Positions 40,719-51,149 are shown, counted from the stretch's first letter. The stretch: DNA of 64,000 nt from Candidatus Eiseniibacteriota bacterium (GCA_963792585.1 CAWBWI010000001.1:1440001-1504000); one strand, 5' to 3'. Numbers and translations are program-made. Notes: generated from the sequence alone by a model not told the origin.

Positions 40719-40879
40719 CCCGTGTTCCTCCTCGGACCGGTTCTCAGGGTTCTCGTTTAAGCCGACATCAGGACCGCGGCCTCGGTCCCATCCATGGGCT
40801 CATGCCAAGAGATTGCTTTCTCTTGCACAAGGCATAACGCGACAAGCTAGCATAGCTCCGGGGTGGTGACAAGAACCCC

Positions 40880-42256
40880 ATGCCGGGTAGGGGTTGGGAG
40901 GGGATGGTCGGAATCGCGGAGCTTCGGGCGGCCTTCGGCAGGTTCCTCGCCTCGCTGGCGCCGGGCCCCTCATCCGCCCCCGGGGAAGTCTCGGTCTTTC
41001 GCGAACACATCCTTTCCTCGATATGGGGCGGGGTGTCGTCGGGAATCTTCATCCTGACCGACGTGATCCTGGCCAAGGCCCTCAACGCCCCCGGCTGGCA
41101 AATCACCCTTCTGGCAACCCTGAGCCCGGCAGCCAACATCTTCTCCGTCTACTTCGCCGGCCAGGTCACCGGCCGGCGCAAGGCGGGCCCCTTTCTCCTC
41201 GCCGCGATTCTTGGACGCCTCACCATGGGACTGCTCCTGGTCTGGCGGACCTCGATGGCGATGATCCTCCTCACCTTCATATACAACATCGCCGGAGCCC
41301 TGGTCGTCACGGCCCTGAACTCCGTCTTGCAGAGCCGATACCCCGACCCGGTGCGGCCGGTGCGCTTCGGGGTCGCGACCTCGGTCTCGGCCCTCTTCAC
41401 GATCCTGGCCGCAGTGGCCGCCGGACGTCTGCTCGAACTCCGCGAAGGGATCTATCCTTGGCTCTTCTTCGGCTGCGGAATCGCCGGGTTCCTATCCGTC
41501 TACCACTACTATCGGATGGAGTGTCCCCCCGGAGAGCGCCGGGGCATGATCGCCTGGCTCTCCGTCGGCTTGACGGGACTCCGCCGACGGCTCGCGCCGG
41601 GGGCCGACGAAGCGGCGCGACACACGCTCGCGGCAAGCTTGCGTGTTGCGACCCGGATCTTCCGGGAGAACCCGGACTTCGTCCGCTTCGAGCGCGACTA
41701 CATGATCTACGGCTTCGCGTTCATGAGCTTGCTGCCGATCCTGCCGATCTACATCGTTCGGGAACTGAACATGAACTACGCACAGCTCTCCGCCTCGAAA
41801 GGTCTCTGGGCGCAACTCGGCGCGGTGGTCCTCTCGCCGATCTTGGGGGCCGCCCTCTCGCGCCTTCGTCCCCTGCGCTTCACGGGGAGGGTCTTCCTGG
41901 CGCTCAGCCTCTATCCGCTGCTCCTGTTCGTTTCGACCTGGCGCGCATTCCCCGTGCCGACGCGGATCCTGTGGGTCTATGGCGCCCTGCTGGCGTTCTC
42001 GGTGGCGATGGCGGGAGTGAATCTCTCGTGGACGCTTGGTTCGATGCACTTCGCGCGCGGCCGCGACGCGAGCGCCTTTCAGGGAATGCACGTGGCGATG
42101 ACGGGCGTGCGCGGCCTGCTCGCGCCGAGCCTCGGCTACGCCGTCTACAAGCTCATCGGCACGGGCGCGGTCTTCGTGATGGCGACCGGCCTCTTCGCCG
42201 CCGCGGGCATTCTGATGCTGCGTCACGACCGGGAAGAGCGGGCGGCCTCGCCTTGA
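40880..42256 (+). CDS. MFS transporter
   Basis: About 12 hydrophobic helices in two halves. Confidence 0.75.
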   Translation: MPGRGWEGMVGIAELRAAFGRFLASLAPGPSSAPGEVSVFREHILSSIWGGVSSGIFILTDVILAKALNAPGWQITLLATLSPAANIFSVYFAGQVTGRRKAGPFLLAAILGRLTMGLLLVWRTSMAMILLTFIYNIAGALVVTALNSVLQSRYPDPVRPVRFGVATSVSALFTILAAVAAGRLLELREGIYPWLFFGCGIAGFLSVYHYYRMECPPGERRGMIAWLSVGLTGLRRRLAPGADEAARHTLAASLRVATRIFRENPDFVRFERDYMIYGFAFMSLLPILPIYIVRELNMNYAQLSASKGLWAQLGAVVLSPILGAALSRLRPLRFTGRVFLALSLYPLLLFVSTWRAFPVPTRILWVYGALLAFSVAMAGVNLSWTLGSMHFARGRDASAFQGMHVAMTGVRGLLAPSLGYAVYKLIGTGAVFVMATGLFAAAGILMLRHDREERAASP

Positions 42257-42338
42257 CCATGATCGAGGAGGGTTCCTATACTCCCGGAGAATTGTGCTTC
42301 GCAGAGACTTGGGCGAATCGAGGTAAAGGAGTTGGGGG

Positions 42339-43388
42339 ATGGCGGAGATGATGAAGGCGGTGAGGAAGACCCAACCCGGGCCGGGCGCGCAACTGACCCA
42401 GGTGCCGATTCCGACGATCAAGCCGGACGAGGTGCTGGTGAGGGTTCGCGCGACGACTATTTGCGGCACCGATGTGCACATCTATCAGTGGAACGAGTGG
42501 TCCCAGTCGCGGATCAGGAACCTGCCGCAGACGCTGGGGCACGAACTCGCCGGAGAGGTCGTGGAGGTCGGCTCGACCGTCACGAAGATCAAGGCGGGCG
42601 ATCTGGTCTCATGCGAGACCCATATTCCGTGTGGCGGCTGCGTCCCGTGCATGACCGGACAGATGCACATCTGCGCGAATCTGAAGATCCTCGGAGTGGA
42701 CCGGGACGGCTGCTTCGCCGAGTACGTTGCGGTGCCCTCCGTCGTCTGCTGGAAGAACGATCCGTCGATCCCTCCCGAGATCGCCGCGGCGCAGGAGCCG
42801 CTGGGCAACGCCGTCTACGCGACGCTGGTGGAGCCGGTCACGGCCCGCACGGTCCTGATCTTCGGCGACGGGCCGACGGGGCTATTCGCCGCGGGGGTCG
42901 CGCGCGCCGCCGGCGCGTCGAAAGTGATGCTGGCCGGGATCAATGAGGCGCGGCTGGAAATCGCGCGCAAGATGGGCGCAGATATCGTCCTCCACTCGAT
43001 GAAGGACGACGTGCGGTCGATCGTGCTCGACGCGACCGCAGGCATCGGCGCCGACGTCGTCCTCGACATGGTGGGCGTCCAGTCGGTGATCGACCTCGGC
43101 CTCGAACTCGTCCGCAAAGGGGGACGCTTCTCCGCCTTCGGACTCCCCGACGGGCGGGTCTCGATCGACATGAACAACGGCATCATCTTCAAGGGGCTGC
43201 GTCTCTACGGAATCAACGGGCGGCTCATGTTCGACACCTGGCTGCAGGTTTCCCACCTGCTGGCCAGCGGGCGCCTCGACATCCGGCCTGTCCTGACGCA
43301 CAAGATGCCGCTGGAGGATTTCGACCGCGCCTTCGCGCTGATCGCCCAGGTCCCGATCACGGTGGGCAAGGTGGTTCTGCTACCGTAG
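42339..43388 (+). CDS. tdh: L-threonine 3-dehydrogenase (Zn-dependent MDR)
   Basis: ICGTDVHIYQWNEWS, GHE, ETHIPCGGC, EPLGNAV, GINGRLMFDTW. Confidence 0.88.
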   Translation: MAEMMKAVRKTQPGPGAQLTQVPIPTIKPDEVLVRVRATTICGTDVHIYQWNEWSQSRIRNLPQTLGHELAGEVVEVGSTVTKIKAGDLVSCETHIPCGGCVPCMTGQMHICANLKILGVDRDGCFAEYVAVPSVVCWKNDPSIPPEIAAAQEPLGNAVYATLVEPVTARTVLIFGDGPTGLFAAGVARAAGASKVMLAGINEARLEIARKMGADIVLHSMKDDVRSIVLDATAGIGADVVLDMVGVQSVIDLGLELVRKGGRFSAFGLPDGRVSIDMNNGIIFKGLRLYGINGRLMFDTWLQVSHLLASGRLDIRPVLTHKMPLEDFDRAFALIAQVPITVGKVVLLP

Positions 43389-43507
43389 CGGGGACAAGAG
43401 CCCGCGGCGGTTCCGCCGAGGCAACAAGACGAGCCCGCGTCCCCGGCCCCCCGTGACGGGTGGATCCGTGGCCGCGGGCGAACTCTATCGCCCGATTCGG
43501 GAGGTCC

Positions 43508-43624
43508 CTACTTCCAGACCTTCGAAACGATGTAGATGATGAGCGTGGGTATCCCCACGAGCATGAAGAGTTCGACTAAGGCCCTGCGGGGCGATTTGTG
43601 GTGCTCTTGCGGGTGCGACGACAT
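43508..43624 (-). CDS. Small single-pass membrane protein (38 aa)
   Basis: MSSHPQEHHKSPRRALVELFMLVGIPTLIIYIVSKVWK; AAGGAGG 7 nt upstream; intergenic. Confidence 0.6.
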   Translation of the reverse strand: MSSHPQEHHKSPRRALVELFMLVGIPTLIIYIVSKVWK

Positions 43625-43871
43625 CGTCCGTCCTCCTTGGCTTCAATTGCCCGGTACGGGCACAGCACGTAACGGAGCTTAACAGGATTCGGCGACCGCT
43701 CCTAGCGAAAGAGCGTCCAAACCTTCTTCCGCCGAGGGCCTCGGCGGGCTCCGGAATGGCGCAACCGGCGTGGAGGAAGCCGATTCGCCCCGGGCTGCGG
43801 CCGCCCCTCGCTTGTCGGCCGAAGGGAAGGTCTGTTAGTCTGCGTTGTTCGAAATGGAGGGAAATCGACCG

Positions 43872-44966
43872 ATGAACGAGATGGAATCGCAGCTCGAGGT
43901 GCGCGGAGTCGACCATGTCGAGATCTGGGTCGGCAACGCCATTCAAGCGGCCCACTACTACCGGACCGCCTTCGGCTTCGATCAGGTCGCGTACGCGGGA
44001 CCCGAGACCGGGATGCGGGACCGCGCCAGCTATCTGCTCACCCAGGGGAAGATCCGCCTGGTCGTCTCCGCCCCCGTCCTGCCCGATGGCCCCACTGCGG
44101 CCTTCATCGCCCGCCACGGCGACGGGGTGCGAAACGTCGTATTCGAGGTCAGCGACGCCCAGAGGGCGTACGAAACCGCCGTGCGTCGCGGGGCCGTCGC
44201 GGCCGAGGTCCCCCGCGTTTTCCGCGACGCCTCGGGGAGCGTCGTGACGGCAAGCATCCGTACCTTCGGCGAGGTGATCCACACATTCCTGCAGCGAGAC
44301 GGGTATACGGGGATGTTCCTCCCCGGGTATCAGGAGGCCCGCCGGCCTGGCGGCGGCACGGGGCTGCTCACCGTCGACCACATGGTGGCCAACGTCGAGG
44401 AGACGAAGATGGACGAGTGGGCCGGCTTCTACCGCACGGTCTTCGGCTTCCACCAGTTCCTCTCCTTCGATGACAAGGACATCTCGACCGAGCACTCGGC
44501 CTTGCGCTCGAAGGTGATGTCCAATGCCGATGGCCGGGTCAAGATCCCGATCAACGAACCGGCTCCCGGACTCCGGCGATCACAGATCCAGGAGTACCTC
44601 GACTTCAACATCGGCCCGGGGATCCAGCACATCGCCTTGCTCACCGGCGACATCCTCGCCACGATTGCGCAGCTGCGCGACCGGGGCGTGCTCTTCCTCG
44701 ACGTCCCCGACGCGTACTACGTGGGGCTGATCGAGCGGGTGGGACCGATCGACGAGGACATCGAGGCGATCCGGAAGCACCGGATCCTCGTGGATCGGGA
44801 CGACCAGGGATACCTGCTGCAGCTCTTCACGAAGCCGGTGGCCGATCGCCCGACCCTGTTCTATGAGATCATTCAGCGCAAGGGTTGCCAGGGATTCGGC
44901 AAGGGGAACTTCAAGGCGCTCTTCGAGTCGATCGAGCGGGAACAAGCCCGCCGCGGGAATCTCTAG
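43872..44966 (+). CDS. hppD: 4-hydroxyphenylpyruvate dioxygenase
   Basis: KIPINEP, SQIQEYL, GIQHIAL, LLQLFTKP, GFGKGNFKALFESIE. Confidence 0.96.
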   Translation: MNEMESQLEVRGVDHVEIWVGNAIQAAHYYRTAFGFDQVAYAGPETGMRDRASYLLTQGKIRLVVSAPVLPDGPTAAFIARHGDGVRNVVFEVSDAQRAYETAVRRGAVAAEVPRVFRDASGSVVTASIRTFGEVIHTFLQRDGYTGMFLPGYQEARRPGGGTGLLTVDHMVANVEETKMDEWAGFYRTVFGFHQFLSFDDKDISTEHSALRSKVMSNADGRVKIPINEPAPGLRRSQIQEYLDFNIGPGIQHIALLTGDILATIAQLRDRGVLFLDVPDAYYVGLIERVGPIDEDIEAIRKHRILVDRDDQGYLLQLFTKPVADRPTLFYEIIQRKGCQGFGKGNFKALFESIEREQARRGNL

Positions 44967-44985
44967 GACGCAGGAGGAAGGCCGC

Positions 44986-45921
44986 GTGCGCCTGGTTCAA
45001 TTCACCCATCCACAGACGGGCGGGGCCCCGCGAGTCGGCCTGTTGGTCGAGCGGGGAATCCTCGACCCCGGCGCCGCGTGGGACTCGTCGCGCGGCCCCT
45101 TCCCGCCCGACCCCGTCACGCTCCTCGCGAGCCACGACGCGCGGACTCTGTGCAAGGAGCTGCTGCGCAAGCCATCGAAGACCATCGTCTACCACCACAA
45201 CGAGGTTCTCCTCCTGGCGCCACTCTTGCGCCCCAACTCGTTCCGGGACTTCTACGCGTTCGAGGAGCATGTCCGCAACGCGAGGGGCCGTCGCGGCCTC
45301 GAGGTCGCCGAAGAGTGGTACCGCTTCCCCGTCTTCTACTTCTCCAATCACTCGGCCATCTATGGTCCGGGCCAGGGCGTTCCGATCCCGCAATCGACAG
45401 CCGAACTCGACTATGAACTCGAGATCGGGTGCGTCATCGGGCGGGCGGGGCGCGACATCCCGGTCGAGCATGCCGCCGACTACATCGCCGGCTTCTGTGT
45501 CCTGAACGACTGGACCGCACGCGACATCCAACGCGAGGAGATGCGGGTCGGTCTCGGGCCGGCCAAGGGAAAGGACTTCGCGACATCGATCGGCCCGGCG
45601 ATCGTGACGCCCGACGAGATCAGCGCGGCCCGCTCGGGCAAGGGTTACGACCTCGCGATGGAGGCGCGCCGGAACGGCGTGCCCTTGGCGCGGGGCTCGT
45701 GGAAGACGATCCACTACAGCTTCGAGGAGATGATCGCCCGCGCGAGCCGGGACGCATGGCTCTATCCGGGCGATCTCATCGGATCGGGAACCGTCGGAAC
45801 CGGCTGCATCCTCGAGATCGGCCCCGAAACGGCGGGAGGCTGGCTCAAGGAGGGTGACCGGATCGACCTCGAGATTGACGGCCTGGGGGTGTTGACCAAC
45901 CACCTGATAGCCCGGCCCTGA
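44986..45921 (+). CDS. Fumarylacetoacetate hydrolase family protein
   Basis: RDFYAFEEH, LDYELE, NDWTARDIQ, KGKDFAT; lies between hppD and hmgA. Confidence 0.9.
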   Translation: MRLVQFTHPQTGGAPRVGLLVERGILDPGAAWDSSRGPFPPDPVTLLASHDARTLCKELLRKPSKTIVYHHNEVLLLAPLLRPNSFRDFYAFEEHVRNARGRRGLEVAEEWYRFPVFYFSNHSAIYGPGQGVPIPQSTAELDYELEIGCVIGRAGRDIPVEHAADYIAGFCVLNDWTARDIQREEMRVGLGPAKGKDFATSIGPAIVTPDEISAARSGKGYDLAMEARRNGVPLARGSWKTIHYSFEEMIARASRDAWLYPGDLIGSGTVGTGCILEIGPETAGGWLKEGDRIDLEIDGLGVLTNHLIARP

Positions 45922-45935
45922 AAGGCGGCACGCCG

Positions 45936-47108
45936 ATGCCCTTCTACCACAGCCTTGGAGAGATTCCGAAGAAGCGCCATGTCCAGTTCCGCGGGCCGGG
46001 AGGCGGCCTCTACTACGAGGAGCTGTTCGGAAACGAAGGATTCTCGGGCCTATCCTCGCTCCTCTACCACGCGCAACGGCCGGTGCAGGCCCGTTCGAGC
46101 GAGATCCTGCGGCAACTCGACTGGAGCGCCTCCGACGACCGCGCGCTGAAGCACCGCCACTTCCGGACCTCGCGGATCGGCGCCGGCGGCGACGCGGTGG
46201 GTGGTCGATCCCCTCTTCTGTACAACAGCGACATCGCGATATCGATCGTCCTCCCGACCGAGCCCGCCGGAAGCCTCTACCGCAACGGTCAGGCCGACGA
46301 AGTCGTGTACGTGAGCGACGGGACGGGAACGCTCGAGTCGGTATTCGGCAGACTCCCCTACCGGCGGGGCGACTACGTCGTCATCCCGCGCGGGACGATC
46401 CACCGTTGGGTTCCCGACGCAACCCCGCACCGGTTGCTGGTCATCGAGAGCCGCGGCGTCATCCGCACCCCCACGCGGTATCGAAACCGTCACGGCCAGC
46501 TTCTCGAGCAAAGCCCCTACTGCGAGCGGGACATCCGCCGACCCGAGCGGATCGAGCCGCGCGACGAGAAGGGCGCCTACGAGGTGATCGTCAAGCAGGG
46601 CAACGCGCTCCATCGATTCGTCTACGCAAGCCATCCCTTCGACGTCGTCGGCTGGGACGGCTACCTCTATCCCTGGGCGCTCAACATCGAGGATTTCGAA
46701 CCGATCACGGGTCGAATTCACCAACCGCCTCCCGTTCACCAGACATTCGAGGGGGACGGCTTCGTCGTCTGTTCCTTCGTCCCGCGCCTCTACGACTACC
46801 ATCCCGGCTCCATCCCGGCGCCGTATCACCACACGAACATCGGAACCGACGAGGTCATCTACTACGCGCGGGACCGCTTCATGAGCCGCAAGGGAATCGA
46901 GTACGGCTCGATCACGCTGCATCCCGACGGCGTTCCGCACGGGCCCCATCCGGGCACGATCGAGGCGTCGATCGGCGTGAAGGAAACGGACGAGCTGGCG
47001 GTCATGATCGACACGTTCCGCCCGTTGACCGTCTCGCGGGAGGCGGCGGCGATCGAGGATCCGGGCTACTTCGAGAGCTGGCTCGAGTCGGGCGACTCCC
47101 CCGTCTGA
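45936..47108 (+). CDS. hmgA: Homogentisate 1,2-dioxygenase
   Basis: PFDVVGWDG, GRIHQPPP, PYHH, ITLHPDGVPHGPHPG, ELAVMIDTFRPL. Confidence 0.94.
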   Translation: MPFYHSLGEIPKKRHVQFRGPGGGLYYEELFGNEGFSGLSSLLYHAQRPVQARSSEILRQLDWSASDDRALKHRHFRTSRIGAGGDAVGGRSPLLYNSDIAISIVLPTEPAGSLYRNGQADEVVYVSDGTGTLESVFGRLPYRRGDYVVIPRGTIHRWVPDATPHRLLVIESRGVIRTPTRYRNRHGQLLEQSPYCERDIRRPERIEPRDEKGAYEVIVKQGNALHRFVYASHPFDVVGWDGYLYPWALNIEDFEPITGRIHQPPPVHQTFEGDGFVVCSFVPRLYDYHPGSIPAPYHHTNIGTDEVIYYARDRFMSRKGIEYGSITLHPDGVPHGPHPGTIEASIGVKETDELAVMIDTFRPLTVSREAAAIEDPGYFESWLESGDSPV

Positions 47109-47118
47109 GCCGGCGGCT

Positions 47119-48042
47119 TCAGCCCCGCTCGCCGATCCAGCCAGATGCCCTCAAGGCGAAATGGGCGCGGCTCGCGCGGGGCCCGACCGCGATCCTGGGG
47201 AAGAGAAACGGATCGGCCCCCGGCCGGATCAGGCCGGGGATCGCCGTCACCGCGCACGTGAAACCCGCCTCGCGGACAAGCTCCGCCGTGGCGGTCGTGA
47301 AATCGGCGCGCTTGCCGTTGGGATAGGCGAAGAGCGCGCAGCTTCCCGCCCGACGCGCAACATCCTCGCGCGAGCGGACGATCTCCTCCCGTTGCTCCTC
47401 GATCGTCAGCAGAGAGAGGATCCGATGGTTCATCGTGTGCGCGCCGAAGTCGACGAGTCGGTCCTTCCCGAGTTCCGCGATCTCATCCCAGGACAGGAGC
47501 CGGCCCTCGTCGCTCGACTCGTCGGCTTGGATTCCCAGCTCCCGCCTGAGCACCTCGATCGCGGCATCCTGCGCTTGCGCCGGAAGGGTCTTGAGCAATT
47601 CGGATGTGCTCTGAAAGATCTCCATCTTGCCCGAGACGGAAAGTACCCGGTAGAGCCGCTCGAACCAGGGCAACTCGTCGCGCTCGATCAAGCCGGGGCA
47701 GAGGAAGACGGTCGCGGGACAGGCGTGTTTCGCGAGGATCGGGCGGGCGTGGGTGAGCACCGACCGCAAGCCGTCGTCGAAGGTGATCGCCGCGCCGGGG
47801 CGCGATCGCCCCTTGAGGGGACGACCGACCCATTCGCGGAGGGGCCGCACCTCCATGTGAGCGCGGAGCCACGCGAGCTGTCGGTCGAGCTCTTCCGGGG
47901 CGAGCCGGTCCCCGCGGCGCAGCGCCTCGGCCGCGGTGCTGACGCCGTGGTACATGAAGACGGCCACGGAGTCGGACCTCAGTGCGCGCGCGATCCGATC
48001 GGCCTGCGCCGCCCATAGGGCGAATCGAAGGGCCCCTTTCAC
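47119..48042 (-). CDS. Polysaccharide deacetylase family protein
   Basis: MYHGV, ITFDDG, GAHTMNH, FAYPNG. Confidence 0.88.
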   Translation of the reverse strand: MKGALRFALWAAQADRIARALRSDSVAVFMYHGVSTAAEALRRGDRLAPEELDRQLAWLRAHMEVRPLREWVGRPLKGRSRPGAAITFDDGLRSVLTHARPILAKHACPATVFLCPGLIERDELPWFERLYRVLSVSGKMEIFQSTSELLKTLPAQAQDAAIEVLRRELGIQADESSDEGRLLSWDEIAELGKDRLVDFGAHTMNHRILSLLTIEEQREEIVRSREDVARRAGSCALFAYPNGKRADFTTATAELVREAGFTCAVTAIPGLIRPGADPFLFPRIAVGPRASRAHFALRASGWIGERG

Positions 48043-49148
48043 CACGCGACACCCGCCGTTTCGTGGAATAGGCGGAGCAGTTTGTCGAGTTGGCCCCCGA
48101 GTTCGAACCGCTCCTCGACGCGGCGCCGCCCGGCGATTCCCATCGCCGTCATGCGGGTCCGATCGGCCGCGAGTTCCGCAACTGCCGCGGCCAGTGCGCC
48201 CGCGTCCCCCGCGGCGAAGAGGAGCCCCGTGGTTCCCCGTTCCACGGCCTCGCGCGTACCCGGCACGTCGGACGCGACCACGGGCCGCCCGCACGCCATC
48301 GCCTCCAGCAGGGAGATCGGGTGCGCCTCGCAATCGGACGGGAGAACCACGAGATCGAGGTCCGCGTAGCGGGTCTCGATCCCGACCATCGTTCCATGAA
48401 AACTCACGCGTCCGACAACGCCGAGGTCCGCCGCGAGCGCTTCGATGGCCGGGCGCGTGGGGCCGTCCCCGAAGAAATCCAGCCGGGCCGACGGCACGCG
48501 ATTGAGAATCTCGGGAAACGCATGGAGCAGCACTCCGTGCCCCTTCTCGGGACCAAAGCGCGCGATCATGCCGATCGAGAAGCGGTCGCGTGGACCCGGG
48601 AGCGGCCCGAAGGCGAAACGCCGCAGGTCGACCCCGTTTGCGATCGTCACCAGCCGGTTTCGCGGCACGCGGTAGGTGGCGGCGACATCGTCCGCGAGCG
48701 CGTCGGAACAGCAAACGACGCGGGTGAAGCGCGGGTGAACCATCCGATAGGCAAGGCGGTGGCGCGGTCGGTTGTTCTTCACATCCCGGCTCGGCAGCAC
48801 GTGCTGCCACGAGACGATCGGGATGCGGTTGACGAGGTTCGCCAACCCGGCCATCACGTCCGCATAGAAGAGAACCGAAACGATGAGCTGCGGTCGCTCC
48901 TGCCTGACGAGACCGGCAAGGGAGGGAATCAGTGCGAAGTCGAAGGGCCTTCGCTTGGGGATCGAGACGACACGCTCCGCCGCCGCGTGGTAGGCCGCGG
49001 TCAATGGCCCCTCGACGCCGGTGCTGAAGAGGATGCGCCGATAGCGGTTGTTTCCCATGTGGGTCAGGAGGTCGAGCAGGGCGCGCTGCGCCCCGCCGAC
49101 CTCGAACCCGTCGGTGACGAAGAGGATCCGGCAGGGTCCGTCGTTCAT
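48039..49148 (-). CDS. Glycosyltransferase family 4
   Basis: VGGAQ, ARFGPEKGH, PSDCEAHPISLLEAM. Confidence 0.9.
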   Translation of the reverse strand: MNDGPCRILFVTDGFEVGGAQRALLDLLTHMGNNRYRRILFSTGVEGPLTAAYHAAAERVVSIPKRRPFDFALIPSLAGLVRQERPQLIVSVLFYADVMAGLANLVNRIPIVSWQHVLPSRDVKNNRPRHRLAYRMVHPRFTRVVCCSDALADDVAATYRVPRNRLVTIANGVDLRRFAFGPLPGPRDRFSIGMIARFGPEKGHGVLLHAFPEILNRVPSARLDFFGDGPTRPAIEALAADLGVVGRVSFHGTMVGIETRYADLDLVVLPSDCEAHPISLLEAMACGRPVVASDVPGTREAVERGTTGLLFAAGDAGALAAAVAELAADRTRMTAMGIAGRRRVEERFELGGQLDKLLRLFHETAGVAW

Positions 49149-49156
49149 GGCCGCCT

Positions 49157-50341
49157 TCAAGAGGCCCTCCCGCCCGATCGTAGCGTCACGCCTGCGGGCC
49201 GCCAAGGGCGCAACCATGCGATCGCCATGACCGCAACGACGGCGAATGCGCCGGCGCAGAGGATGTAGGGCGCGCCGAGTCCGGATGCGCGCGCGAGCGT
49301 TCCGCCGGCGAGCGGAAGGAAGAAGGCGCCGCTACCGAGGAGCGCCTCGTGGATCCCGGTGTTCTTCCCGCGCCCTTCCTGAGAGTGGAGGCTGTGGTAG
49401 AGACTCGCGCTGTAGGCCACGCCTGTCGCGATCCCGATCCCCGGCGCGCACGCGAGGATCAGCGCCTCACCGCGGGCCCACGCGAGCAGACCGACGGATA
49501 CCATCCCGGCAAGGAGGGTGCCGATCAACACGGATGGTCTCCACTCCCAACCGTGACGCCACCCGAGCAACGCGAAGGTGAGGGTTTGCCACAGGCCGAC
49601 GAGCCCGAGGAAGTTGCCGAGATCCCCGGCGTTCAGCCCGATCCCGAACAGCCGCTTGGGGAACTGATAGTTGAGGGTGGCCCCGACGCCGAAGGCGACG
49701 AGGTTCGCCAGCCTGGAGACGAGCCGGTAGCGGTCGCGAACCGACGCGCGCGGCGCCTCCTGCGGCTCGAGGATACCGCGGTCGATCGAAATGCCGCGGT
49801 CCGATGGCGTGAGGACGAAGACGAACACTTCGAGGATCGCCGCGTAGAGCAATGGGCTCGAGGCGCCATACGCCTGCGCGAGATGGCCCGCGGTCCAGAA
49901 TCCGAGCATCTTGCCGCAGGACCACGCGACGTTGAAGATCCCGATCCGGCGCACCAGACCTGACTCCCGCCCCCGGTCGGCGAGCTCCGCCTGAATCGCG
50001 GGCCAGAAGAGCCCCCCACCGAGTGACACGAGGGGGAGAAAGAGAAAGAGATACGGAAGCCCGGGCGCGTTCCGGAGCAGAACCGCGCCCAATGCCATGG
50101 AGATCGTTCCCAGACGCGCCATCCGCATGCGACCGCCCCGGTCCGATAAGCGACCGAAGAGGAGCGAGGCGATGATGTAGATCGTCGATGAGAGCGCGGG
50201 CAGGAGCCCCAGCACGAGGGGTCCCGCCCCCAACTCGATCGCGCGCAGGGGGACGGATGTGAAGACGAGATAGAGCGCCCAGTCCGCCATGAATGCGGCG
50301 GCGCCGAATCGCACCGTCTCTCGCTTCGGGCTCCCGCTCAC
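49157..50341 (-). CDS. MFS transporter
   Basis: GRLSDRGGR motif A; about 12 TM helices. Confidence 0.85.
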   Translation of the reverse strand: MSGSPKRETVRFGAAAFMADWALYLVFTSVPLRAIELGAGPLVLGLLPALSSTIYIIASLLFGRLSDRGGRMRMARLGTISMALGAVLLRNAPGLPYLFLFLPLVSLGGGLFWPAIQAELADRGRESGLVRRIGIFNVAWSCGKMLGFWTAGHLAQAYGASSPLLYAAILEVFVFVLTPSDRGISIDRGILEPQEAPRASVRDRYRLVSRLANLVAFGVGATLNYQFPKRLFGIGLNAGDLGNFLGLVGLWQTLTFALLGWRHGWEWRPSVLIGTLLAGMVSVGLLAWARGEALILACAPGIGIATGVAYSASLYHSLHSQEGRGKNTGIHEALLGSGAFFLPLAGGTLARASGLGAPYILCAGAFAVVAVMAIAWLRPWRPAGVTLRSGGRAS

Positions 50342-51111
50342 TCCAGCGACTGGAGCTTCGAACGCGCCTGGCTAGCCTCCTCCGAGTTCGGGAAGCGGGC
50401 GATCAGGTCGCGAAGCTCCTTGCGGGCGCCAGCGCGGTCCTCGAGCTGCAGCAGGCTGTAGGCGATCTTGAGCTTCGCCGCGGGGACTTTGTCCCCCTTG
50501 GGATAGGTGGTCTCCACCTTCGAGAAGTCCTCGACCGCCTTGCGGAAGTCCCGCTGGGCGTAGGAACACTCGCCGATCCAGTACTGAGCGTTGTCCGACA
50601 GCTCCGAGTCCGGGATCTTCGTCAGGTAGTCGCGGAAACCGATCAGGGCGAGCGAGTAGTTGCCACGGCTCAAATCGAGATAGGCGTTGTCGTAGATCGC
50701 CTTTGCCTGCGCGGGGGTGAGAGGGACCCCGCCCGATGAGGAATCACTCCTCTGCGGAATCGGCGAGATCGTCGGAGGCGCGAGATTGTCCTCGGGCGCG
50801 CGCGTGTAGAGCGGCCGGCGCTGGTATGAGTCGCCGATCTGGTTGTTCAACGCCTGGACGCTCTCCGTGACCTCCTGCAGGCGCGTCTGCGTATCCGCGC
50901 GCAGCGCGCGGATCATCTCCTCCTGCCGGATGAGGGCGGCCTCGAGCCGCTTGACCGTCGTGTCCATGGCCGCATTCTGTTCGAGAAGCGACTGCGCGTT
51001 CTGGTCGATCCGCTCCACCGCAACCGGCTGCTGGAGCACTTGTTTCCCATAGCACCCAGCACCGGCCAGGACGGCGAAACCGAGCGCGAGCATCCGTCGG
51101 GTCACCGACAT
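50338..51111 (-). CDS. cpoB: Tol-Pal system protein CpoB/YbgF (TPR)
   Basis: Coiled coil plus TPR with DNAQYWIGE and YPKGDKVPAAKLK; downstream of pal. Confidence 0.9.
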   Translation of the reverse strand: MSVTRRMLALGFAVLAGAGCYGKQVLQQPVAVERIDQNAQSLLEQNAAMDTTVKRLEAALIRQEEMIRALRADTQTRLQEVTESVQALNNQIGDSYQRRPLYTRAPEDNLAPPTISPIPQRSDSSSGGVPLTPAQAKAIYDNAYLDLSRGNYSLALIGFRDYLTKIPDSELSDNAQYWIGECSYAQRDFRKAVEDFSKVETTYPKGDKVPAAKLKIAYSLLQLEDRAGARKELRDLIARFPNSEEASQARSKLQSLE

Positions 51112-51149
51112 GGGTATTCCTCCCCTACCGCCTCGATCACAGGCACGAC

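Noticed and set aside
43640..43860. Riboswitch or ncRNA upstream of hppD
   Set aside because: Several hairpins are present (e.g. CCGCCGAG-GGC-CTCGGCGG) but no recognisable aptamer consensus; an Rfam scan would be needed.
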